44,176 nt of DNA, taken from positions 1 to 44,176 of the forward strand of contig JAIRZY010000152.1 of assembly GCA_031266995.1 (NCBI GenBank), in the 5' to 3' direction. Below, piece after piece: positions 27,088-34,966 of this stretch. This DNA is from Tannerella sp. Lineage in GTDB: Bacteria; Bacteroidota; Bacteroidia; Bacteroidales; Tannerellaceae. The stretch's first letter is position 1, and each line of letters begins with the position of its first letter. The translations under genes and the position numbers were made by a program. The notes under the pieces were generated by a model. The model searched no databases. It worked only from the letters and a program-made list of their open reading frames with translations, and was not told the DNA's origin.

Positions 27088-30000
27088 ATGAAATTATTCA
27101 AACACCTGCCGTGCGCCCGCCAGTGCGCGCACGGGCTGCGAATGCGCGTCCTCGCGACGGGCATGCTCCTCCTCTTCGGCACGCTGTGTTCGTTTGCGGA
27201 CACGACGTACGCCGAGTCGGTGAAGATTTCGCTGAACATGGACCGGTCGACCGTACACGAGGTACTGTCGACGATCGAGAAGGCGAGTTCGTTTTATTTC
27301 ACGTACAGCTCGACGCAGATCAACGGCCGTCGCCAGGTCTCGATCCATGCCGACAACCGGCTTGTGACCGACATCCTCGACGAGCTGTTTGCGGGCGAGA
27401 GCGTGAAGTATACCATCAATGACCGTCACATCGTGCTGTACAGAGACAATGCGTCGCCGACCGCCGCCGCCGACCGGCAGCAGGCGCGGCGCGTGGCCGG
27501 CACGGTGGTCGACACGAACGGCGAGCCGGTGATCGGCGCCAATATCCTCGAAAAAGGCACGGTGAACGGCACCGTGACGGACGTCGACGGGCGCTTCGCA
27601 CTCGACGTGCGGAGCGGCGCCGTACTGCAGGTTTCGTACATCGGTTATATCACGCAGGAAATCAGTCAGTTGCCGGGGGGGGGCGTAGAATTGACCGTCC
27701 GCCTGGCAGAAGACCTGCAGGCGCTGGACGAAGTCGTGGTCATCGGATACGGCACGGCGCGCAAGAGCGACCTGACGGGCAGCACGGCCTCGGTCAAGAG
27801 CGAAACGCTGGCGCAGCGGACGGTGACGTCGTTCGGGCAGGCGCTCTCGGGCAAGGTGTCGGGCGTCAGCATCTCGACCAACTCGGGACGTCCCGGCGGA
27901 CGCGCGACGGTGCGCATACGCGGCAGCTCGTCGATCAGCGTCACGAACGAACCGCTGTACGTTGTCGACGGCGTGATCCTGAACGTGAGCACGCTCGCGA
28001 ACGGCACGACGCCGATAGACTATCTGAACCCGAACGACATCAAGTCGGTCGAAGTACTCAAGGACGCATCCGCCACGGCCATCTACGGCGCGCGCGGGGC
28101 AAACGGCGTCATCATGATCACGACGCAGCGGGGCGACGGCGTGGACGGCTCGTACGTGCAGTACGACACGGACTTCGGCGTCGGCGTGCTGCCGCACAGG
28201 CTCGACGTGCTGAACGCCGCGGAGTTTCTCCGCATCGAAGAGCTGGCCTACGAAAACGCCCGCAAGTATGACCCGGCCGGCTTCACGGCGGGCAGCTATC
28301 GCGACCCGAAGCTGAAGCGTACCGACGCGCGGCTGTTCGATGCCTCCGGCAAGCCGCTGTATGACACCGACTGGCAGGACGAGGCGATCCGCAACGCCTT
28401 CTCGCAGACGCACCAGCTCACACTGTCGAGCACGAAGGGCAAGGACACGTATGGACTGTCCGTAGGCTATCGCGACGACCGCGGGCTGATCGTCAACTCG
28501 TGGCTGAAGCGCTATTCGGGGCGTTTCTTCATCGACTCCGAAGTGTCGCGCTGGCTGACCGTCGGCGGCAGCCTGACGTACAACTATCAGCAGGAACGCC
28601 AGACGGACGCGATGGGCGACGGCGGCATCACCGTCGGCCGGCAAATCGTCGAAGAGCTGCCGATCATCCCCGTGAAGTATACCGACGGCACCTGGGCGGG
28701 CAACAACGACTATCCGGGCATGGAGGGCGGCAACAACCCCGTGCACGTGGCGACCGACCGCTACCTGGGGCTGGAGACGCAGTCGATGATCGGCAACGTA
28801 TATGCCAACATCACCTTCATGAAGGGGCTTGAGCTGCGGTCTATCGTCGGGTCGAACATCATCAACCAGAAGCAGAATTTCTACGGGGGACGCCAGCTTA
28901 TCTGGATCTCGTCGCCCAACGGCAGCGCGTCGGTGACGAACAACCGCAACAACTCGTGGCAGTTTGAGAACTACCTGACGTATAACGCGACCTTCGCGTC
29001 GATACACCGCCTGACGGCGATGGCGGGCATCTCGTGGCAGCACGTGGACAATGCCAACGCCGTGGCTTCGGGACGCGGCTTCTCGGACGACTTCTTCCGC
29101 TTCAACAACCTCGGCGTGGCTACGACGCAGACGGCGTCGTCGACCGTCAACGCTTACGGGTTGAACTCGTATTTCTCACGCCTCAACTACAACCTCCGCG
29201 ACCGCTACCTGTTTACCGTCACGGCGCGTCTCGACGGCTCGTCGAAGTTCGGCTCGGCCAACCGGTATGCCTTCTTCCCGTCGGGCGGCTTCGCGTGGCG
29301 CATGACGGAGGAATCGTTCATGGAGTCGGTGCCGTTCATCTCGAACCTGAAGCCGCGCATCAGCTACGGCCTCACGGGTAACTCGGAGACGGGGCCTTAC
29401 GCCTCGCAGGGCGGCCTGGGCAACTATACGACCATCTTCGGCGGCGCGCAGGCGTCGGGCATCGGCGTCTCCACGCTCGCAAACCCGGAGCTGAAGTGGG
29501 AGAAGACGTCGCAACTGAACGGCGGTATCGACATCGGCCTCTTCGACAATCGCGTCAACATCGAGGCGGACGTCTATTACCGCAAGACGACCGACATGCT
29601 GCTCGGCGCCCCCGTCCCGGCTTCGAGCGGATATACGTCGATCACGAAGAACATCGGCAGCATGGAGAACCGCGGCTTCGAGCTTTCGCTCAACACGGTC
29701 AACATCGACGGGAAGAACTTCGGATGGGAAACCACGTTCAATATCTCCTTCAACAGGAATAAGGTGCTCCAGTTGAACGACGGGAACGACGACATCTTCC
29801 CCGGCCCCGACATCCTCTCGGCCAGCAACAACATCATCCGCGTGGGCGAGCCGGTCGGGTCGTTCTACGGATACCGGCGCCTCGGCACGTGGGGCACGGC
29901 CGAAGAGGCACAGGCCGCGCGCTACGGCAAGCGTCCAGGCGACCTCAAGCTGTGGGACCGCAATGACGACGGGCAGATCAACGACGCCGACCGCCTGATC

Positions 30001-30513
30001 ATCGGCAAGGGCGTGCCGGACGGATACGGCATTTTCCTGAACCGCTTCAGGTATGGTCAGTTCGACCTCGTCTTCGAGCTTCAGTACATGTTCGGAAACG
30101 ACATCCTCGACATCTCGCGCCACTCGGCCGAAGACCGCACGGGCATAGCAAACAGCTACCGCACGGTGCTGAACGCCTGGACGCCCGAAAACCAGAACAC
30201 GATGATAGCCGAGATACGTCCGACGGGCGCGGGATACACGACGAATATCGACTCGCACTTCGTCGAGGACGGTTCGTTCCTGCGCGGGCGCAACCTCGTC
30301 CTGGGCTACTCGTTCAAGGGCGACGTGGCGCGGCGCATGCACCTGCGCAGCCTGAGGCTCTACGGCAGCGTGCAGAATCTCTTCGTCCTGACCAAATACG
30401 AGGGATACGATCCCGAAGTGTCTGACGCGACGCAGGCCTTCGCGCAGGGCATCACCGTCTTCGGATACCCGAAGCCGCGTACGTTTACGTTAGGTTTGAA
30501 TGTTAGTTTTTAA
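27088..30513 (+). CDS. susC: SusC/RagA TonB-dependent transducer with N-terminal STN signalling extension
   Basis: LDEVVVIGYG, EPLYVVDG, VLKDASATAIYGARGANGVI, NPELKWE and YPKPRTFTLGLNVSF motifs. Confidence 0.95.
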   Translation: MKLFKHLPCARQCAHGLRMRVLATGMLLLFGTLCSFADTTYAESVKISLNMDRSTVHEVLSTIEKASSFYFTYSSTQINGRRQVSIHADNRLVTDILDELFAGESVKYTINDRHIVLYRDNASPTAAADRQQARRVAGTVVDTNGEPVIGANILEKGTVNGTVTDVDGRFALDVRSGAVLQVSYIGYITQEISQLPGGGVELTVRLAEDLQALDEVVVIGYGTARKSDLTGSTASVKSETLAQRTVTSFGQALSGKVSGVSISTNSGRPGGRATVRIRGSSSISVTNEPLYVVDGVILNVSTLANGTTPIDYLNPNDIKSVEVLKDASATAIYGARGANGVIMITTQRGDGVDGSYVQYDTDFGVGVLPHRLDVLNAAEFLRIEELAYENARKYDPAGFTAGSYRDPKLKRTDARLFDASGKPLYDTDWQDEAIRNAFSQTHQLTLSSTKGKDTYGLSVGYRDDRGLIVNSWLKRYSGRFFIDSEVSRWLTVGGSLTYNYQQERQTDAMGDGGITVGRQIVEELPIIPVKYTDGTWAGNNDYPGMEGGNNPVHVATDRYLGLETQSMIGNVYANITFMKGLELRSIVGSNIINQKQNFYGGRQLIWISSPNGSASVTNNRNNSWQFENYLTYNATFASIHRLTAMAGISWQHVDNANAVASGRGFSDDFFRFNNLGVATTQTASSTVNAYGLNSYFSRLNYNLRDRYLFTVTARLDGSSKFGSANRYAFFPSGGFAWRMTEESFMESVPFISNLKPRISYGLTGNSETGPYASQGGLGNYTTIFGGAQASGIGVSTLANPELKWEKTSQLNGGIDIGLFDNRVNIEADVYYRKTTDMLLGAPVPASSGYTSITKNIGSMENRGFELSLNTVNIDGKNFGWETTFNISFNRNKVLQLNDGNDDIFPGPDILSASNNIIRVGEPVGSFYGYRRLGTWGTAEEAQAARYGKRPGDLKLWDRNDDGQINDADRLIIGKGVPDGYGIFLNRFRYGQFDLVFELQYMFGNDILDISRHSAEDRTGIANSYRTVLNAWTPENQNTMIAEIRPTGAGYTTNIDSHFVEDGSFLRGRNLVLGYSFKGDVARRMHLRSLRLYGSVQNLFVLTKYEGYDPEVSDATQAFAQGITVFGYPKPRTFTLGLNVSF

Positions 30514-30531
30514 TTATAAACAGTATCACTC

Positions 30532-32025
30532 ATGAAAAATGTAGTAATCATAATCATGGCTGTCCTGCTGGGCAGCAGTTGCACGGGATTCCTCGACGAA
30601 TCGAACAAGTCGAACTTCACGCCCGAAAACTATTTCCGGACGGCTGAACACGCGCAGAGCATCGTCAACGCCATCTATGCCGACTTTCGCATGAGCGCCG
30701 GCGGCGACTACGGGGGCAATCCGTACTTCATGACCGACTTCCTCACCGGAACGGCCGGGACAAGGGTCGGACAAAACGTGCATATCAACAAGATACGTAC
30801 CGTCACGAACGACTCGGACAACGAGTACAGCCGCTCGTGGTGGAACGCGGCCTATCGCGCCATCGCCAACGCCTGCTTCGCCATCGAGCGCATACCGGCC
30901 ATCGACATGGACAATACGGCGAAGAGCCGCTACCTCGGCGAGGCGCGTTTCCTGCGTGCCTATCATTACTTCAACCTTGTGCGCCTCTTCGGTCGCGTTC
31001 CGCTCGTGCTCACGCCCGTCGACGCTTCGTCGCCCGAACTGTATCCCGAGCAGGCATCGGTCGAGGACGTGTATGCACAGATCGTCGCCGACCTCACGGA
31101 GGCCGAACGCACGGAACTGCCGTGGGCCGACGAGAGCGGGAGGGTGACGATGGGAGCCGTCAAGTCGCTCCTCGGCACGGTCTATCTCACCATGGCCGGA
31201 TACCCCCTCGGGCGCGGCCGCGAATACTGCGCCCTCTCGGCGTCCAAGCTGCGCGAGGTGATCGACCGCGGCGTCTACCGCCTCTTTGATTCATACGCCG
31301 ATCTGCACAGCGTGGCGATGGACAACCGCCTCGAGCATATCTTTATGGTGCAGTATCAGTCCGGCTCGCCCGTCGAAAACGGCCTGCAGTACCTCTATCT
31401 GCCCTACAACCTCGACATATCGTACTATTCAACCGAGACGGGGACGGTCGTCGTGCTCGACGAGTTCGTCGCGTCCTACGAAAAGGGCGACCGGCGGACG
31501 GAGGAGAAGGAATTCTATTTCACGAACTATACGTCGAACGCGAACCGCGAAGAGACGGTCGAGTTTGGCGGCTACTACGTGTACAAGTTTTTCGACGAGG
31601 ACGCGCACCTTCACACGGCGCGCAGCGGCCTGAACTATCCCCTGATGCGCTATGCCGACATCCTGCTGCAGTATGCCGAGGCGCAGAACGAGGCCGACGG
31701 CTCGCCTTCGGCCGAAGCGTATGCGGCGGTCAACGCCGTGCGCCGCCGTGCGAACATCGCCGAGCTGTCCGGGCTGTCGCAGGATGCATTCCGGCAGGCC
31801 GTCTGGCGCGAGCGGTGGCACGAGCTGTCGTACGAAAACAAGATCTGGTTCGACATGGCGCGCACACGAAAGGTGTTGAACTTCGCTACCGGAAACTTTG
31901 ATGACTACGTCGGTCATCAGTTTACATACGGCCCCGTACTCGGCGAGCGCGAACTGCTCTTCCCCATCCCTACCGGCGAAATGAAGAACAACCGCAAGCT
32001 GACGCAGAACCCGGGGTATAATTGA
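30532..32025 (+). CDS. susD: SusD/RagB nutrient-binding lipoprotein
   Basis: Lipobox GSSC; GEARFLRAYHYFNLVRLFG.VP, RYADILL..AEA, ERWHEL..E and QNPGY motifs. Confidence 0.95.
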   Translation: MKNVVIIIMAVLLGSSCTGFLDESNKSNFTPENYFRTAEHAQSIVNAIYADFRMSAGGDYGGNPYFMTDFLTGTAGTRVGQNVHINKIRTVTNDSDNEYSRSWWNAAYRAIANACFAIERIPAIDMDNTAKSRYLGEARFLRAYHYFNLVRLFGRVPLVLTPVDASSPELYPEQASVEDVYAQIVADLTEAERTELPWADESGRVTMGAVKSLLGTVYLTMAGYPLGRGREYCALSASKLREVIDRGVYRLFDSYADLHSVAMDNRLEHIFMVQYQSGSPVENGLQYLYLPYNLDISYYSTETGTVVVLDEFVASYEKGDRRTEEKEFYFTNYTSNANREETVEFGGYYVYKFFDEDAHLHTARSGLNYPLMRYADILLQYAEAQNEADGSPSAEAYAAVNAVRRRANIAELSGLSQDAFRQAVWRERWHELSYENKIWFDMARTRKVLNFATGNFDDYVGHQFTYGPVLGERELLFPIPTGEMKNNRKLTQNPGYN

Positions 32026-32157
32026 GATTGACCCCATGTAATAAAAACCCGGAGGCGCGGGGAGCACGGAGAGACTTCACACTCCGCGCCTCTCTGTGCC
32101 TCCCCCCGTTTAAAGAGTAAGATTAAAAGGAAACACAAAACAAAAACACAGCGTAAA

Positions 32158-33555
32158 ATGAAAACAAAACTCATCGCCCTCGCCGCCGCGCTCGGCATCT
32201 GCACCTTCGCAGGTGCAAAAGACCTGCACCGGCTGCAGCAGGAGTTCGTCGACCTGCAGTTCGGAATGTTCATCCACTTCAACATACCGACCTTCGTCGA
32301 CCACGACTGGCCCGATCCCGACACCGACGCGGCCCTCTTCAACCCCGCAAAGCTGGACTGCAGCCAGTGGGCGCGCGCCGCAAAGACGGCCGGAATGACC
32401 TACGGCTGCCTGACGACGAAGCACCACAGCGGCTTCTGCATCTGGGACACGAAGACGACGGACTATGCCGTGACGCGCACCCCCTTCCGCCGCGACGTGG
32501 TGCGCGAATACGTCGACGCCTTCCGCCGCGAAGGACTGCAGGTCATGCTCTACTACTCCATTCTGGACACGCACCACCGCCTGCGGCCGGGATACATCAC
32601 CCGCGCGCACGTCGACATGGTGAAGGCGCAGATCACCGAACTGCTCACCGGCTACGGCCCCGTGGCCGCCCTCGTCATAGACGGATGGGACGCCCCGTGG
32701 TCGCGCATATCATATACCGACATACCGTTCGACGAGATATACCGCCTCGTGAAGCGCCTCCAGCCCGACTGCCTGGTGATGGATCTGAACGCGGCCAAGT
32801 ATCCCGCCGAGGCGCTCTTCTATACCGACATCAAGTCCTACGAGCAGAACGCAGGCCAGCACATCGAGCGCGAGGCGAACCGCCTGCCCGCCCTCTCGTG
32901 CCTGCCGCTTAACGGTAGCTGGTTCTGGAAGACGTCCTTCCCCGCCGAAGCCGTGAAAGACCCGGCAGCCCTCGTGCGCGACCACATCGTCCCCCTGAAC
33001 CGGGCGTACTGCAACTTCATCCTCAACGTCGCCCCCAACCGCGACGGCCTGATCGACGACAACGCGCTCGCCGCGCTCCGCGAAACAGGACGCCTGCGCA
33101 CGCCGGACGCCACCCGCACGCCCCTGCCGCACGGCCCCGCACCGCTCGTCTCGCCAAACATAGCCGCGCGCCAGCCCGTCAACGCGAGCTGGAGCGACGA
33201 CATGATGATAATGGACTTCGCCACGGACGACAACTTCCGCACCTCGTGGCGCTCGAATCCCGAAGTCGCCCGCCCCTGGCTCGAGATAGACTTTCCGCGC
33301 GCGCGCCACTTCAACGCCGTCGCCATCTACGACACCCGGCAGTGCATCCGCGCATACCGCCTCCTCGTCGAGCGCGACGGCGAATGGCACACGCTCCTCA
33401 CCTCGACCGACGGCAGCAAGGTGAAAATCCACCGCTTCGACCGCACCTTCGGCACGCGCGTACGCATCGTCATCGACGAAGCGACGCTCCCGCCCGCCAT
33501 TGCCGAATTTTGCATCTACGACGAAGCGACGGACGACGCCGAAGACGGTGTCTAA
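32158..33555 (+). CDS. Alpha-L-fucosidase (GH29) with C-terminal F5/8 type C (CBM32-like) domain
   Basis: FGMFIHF, LTTKHHSGFCIW, ELLTGYG...IDG and NFILNVAPNRDG motifs; C-terminal ATDDNFRTSW discoidin motif. Confidence 0.88.
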   Translation: MKTKLIALAAALGICTFAGAKDLHRLQQEFVDLQFGMFIHFNIPTFVDHDWPDPDTDAALFNPAKLDCSQWARAAKTAGMTYGCLTTKHHSGFCIWDTKTTDYAVTRTPFRRDVVREYVDAFRREGLQVMLYYSILDTHHRLRPGYITRAHVDMVKAQITELLTGYGPVAALVIDGWDAPWSRISYTDIPFDEIYRLVKRLQPDCLVMDLNAAKYPAEALFYTDIKSYEQNAGQHIEREANRLPALSCLPLNGSWFWKTSFPAEAVKDPAALVRDHIVPLNRAYCNFILNVAPNRDGLIDDNALAALRETGRLRTPDATRTPLPHGPAPLVSPNIAARQPVNASWSDDMMIMDFATDDNFRTSWRSNPEVARPWLEIDFPRARHFNAVAIYDTRQCIRAYRLLVERDGEWHTLLTSTDGSKVKIHRFDRTFGTRVRIVIDEATLPPAIAEFCIYDEATDDAEDGV

Positions 33556-33623
33556 ATACGGATAACCCCGCGCAAGCGCAGCGCAGCCCGCGGCCGGGAC
33601 AGCACTCTCCTTCGCGAATTGAA

Positions 33624-33709
33624 GTAGAGACGCGATGCATCGCGTCTCTACGGACGCACTTGTGATGCAGTCGGAGCGCCCGGCGCAGTCTGGAGACTGG
33701 CGCCGGGCG
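33624..33709. repeat. Composite REP plus hairpin unit (copy A); near-duplicate at 34546-34628
   Basis: GTAGAGACGCGATGCATCGCGTCTCTAC-GGACGCA..TGTGATGCAG.CGGAGCGCCCGGC.CAGTCTGGAGACTG..GCCGGGC. Confidence 0.85.
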
Positions 33710-33741
33710 GCGTAAGGGGGAGGCTCAAAAGGGTCGAGTTC

Positions 33742-33819
33742 CGTCATTGCAAGGGCACAGCCCGAAGCAATCCAGGATACTTTTAAGCACTGGATTGCTT
33801 CGCTTCGCTCGCAATGACG
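33742..33819. repeat. CGTCATTGC...GAAGCAATCC...GGATTGCTTC...GCAATGACG palindromic element (copy 1)
   Basis: Nested inverted repeats; related copy at 34455-34537. Confidence 0.85.
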
Positions 33820-33821
33820 AG

Positions 33822-34400
33822 CGACGAACTTACATACTGTATATGTAACCTTCACGAACGCTCCGGCGGACTTACATATAGTATATGTAACCTTCACGGA
33901 CGCTCCGGCGGACTTGCATACTGTATATGTAACCTTCACGGACGCTCCGGCAGACTTACATATAGTATATGTAACCTTCACGAACGCTCCGGCGGACTTT
34001 CATACTGTATATGTAACCTTCACGGACGCTCCGGCGGACTTTCATACTGTATATGTAACCTTCCGCGCGCGGCGGCGAACTTACATATACTATATGTAAC
34101 CTTCACGCGCGCGTCGGCGAACTTGCCTATACCATAGGCAACCTCCCCGCTCGCGTCGGCGGACTTGCCTATACGATAGGCAACCTTCTCGCCCGCGTCG
34201 GCGGACTTGCCTATTGTATAGGCAACCTTCTCGCCCGCGTCGGCGGACTTGCCTATGCAATAGGCAACCTTCCCGCTCGCGGCGGCAGACTTGCCTATAC
34301 CATAGGCAACCTTCCTGCCCGCGGCGGCGAACTTGCCTATGCAATAGGCAACCTTCCCGCCCGCGTCGGCGGACTTACATACTGTATATGTAACCTTCCA
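33822..34400. repeat. 42-bp tandem array of 14 units with two palindrome subtypes
   Basis: ACTT anchors at 33828, 33870, 33912, 33954, 33996, 34038, 34079, 34121, 34163, 34205, 34247, 34289, 34331 and 34373. Confidence 0.95.
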
Positions 34401-34454
34401 GCGCGCGGCATCGCGTCTCTGCCTCTCCCCCCCCCCCTCCCTCCCGGCCGAGCC

Positions 34455-34537
34455 GCGTCATTGCGAACGCAGTGAAGCAATCTGAATACGGCCACGGAGG
34501 AGGAGACTGGATGGCTACAGGGCTTTCGCAATGACGC
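34455..34537. repeat. GCGTCATTGCGAA...TTCGCAATGACGC palindromic element (copy 2)
   Basis: 13-bp perfect terminal inverted repeat; internal GAAGCAATC as in copy 1. Confidence 0.8.
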
Positions 34538-34545
34538 CCGGCGCA

Positions 34546-34628
34546 GGAGAGACGCGATGCTTCGCGTCTTCCGGACGCATCTGTGATGCAGCCGGAGCGC
34601 CCGGCACAGTCTGGAGACTGTGCCGGGC
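34546..34628. repeat. Composite REP plus hairpin unit (copy B)
   Basis: Degenerate REP followed by the perfect hairpin GCCCGGCACAGTCT-GG-AGACTGTGCCGGGC. Confidence 0.8.
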
Positions 34629-34649
34629 CGAAAGCAAGGCTCCTGCCCC

Positions 34650-34890
34650 CAATGTCGTCAACTTAAGGGCTGACGCCGTATGGCGTCCAAGATGGATAAC
34701 CCCAGGCAAGCGCAGCGCAGCCCGGGGTAGAGACGCGAGGCATCGCGTCTCTGCAACCCCGCAGCGGGTTGAACTGCTGACGCAGTTCGGGAGGAGAGGG
34801 GCCGTTTGTAACCCCGAGCTGCGCTGCGCTTGCTGCGGGGTTATCCACGTCGGACGCCATACGGCGTCAGCCCTTAAGTTGACGGCATTG
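34650..34890. mobile_element. Fold-back / MITE-like element with imperfect inverted arms of about 75 bp and an internal REP
   Basis: CAATGTCGTCAACTTAAGGGCTGACGCCGTATGGCGTCC...GGACGCCATACGGCGTCAGCCCTTAAGTTGACGGCATTG; no ORF of recognisable function; mobility is inferred. Confidence 0.6.
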
Positions 34891-34929
34891 CGCCTCGAAA
34901 CCGCCCGGCTGTGCGACCGGCACGGACTG

Positions 34930-34966
34930 TCTTAAATCTTGAATTTTGAATCTTGAATCTTAAATT
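34930..34966. repeat. Heptamer tract abutting the lptD stop codon
   Basis: TCTTAAA TCTTGAA TTTTGAA TCTTGAA TCTTAAA. Confidence 0.8.

Noticed and set aside
27094-30342. Long minus-strand ORFs (649 aa and 388 aa)
   Set aside because: Antisense shadows of susC caused by strong GC3 codon bias
32045-32110. GC-rich imperfect hairpin between susD and the fucosidase (GGAGGCGCGGGGAG...CTCCGCGCCTC)
   Set aside because: Single copy in the window with no U-tail; could be an mRNA-stabilising stem or a decayed repeat, but the evidence is too thin to call
33834-33848. TACTGTATAT resembles a LexA SOS box
   Set aside because: Only one half-site matches; the CAG half at the required spacing is absent, and the true dyad is TTACATA/TATGTAA
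33822-34400. CRISPR array interpretation of the 42-bp (and the 41-, 23- and 21-bp) repeats
   Set aside because: No unique spacers of about 30 bp or more, linkers are near-identical between units, and there is no leader or cas gene in the window
32710-34935. ORFs 32710-33981(-), 33814-34137(+), 34090-34344(-) and 34531-34935(+) with repeated peptides
   Set aside because: They are translations of DNA repeats (42 is a multiple of 3) or antisense to the fucosidase; the 41-bp unit breaks the frame; no protein-like features
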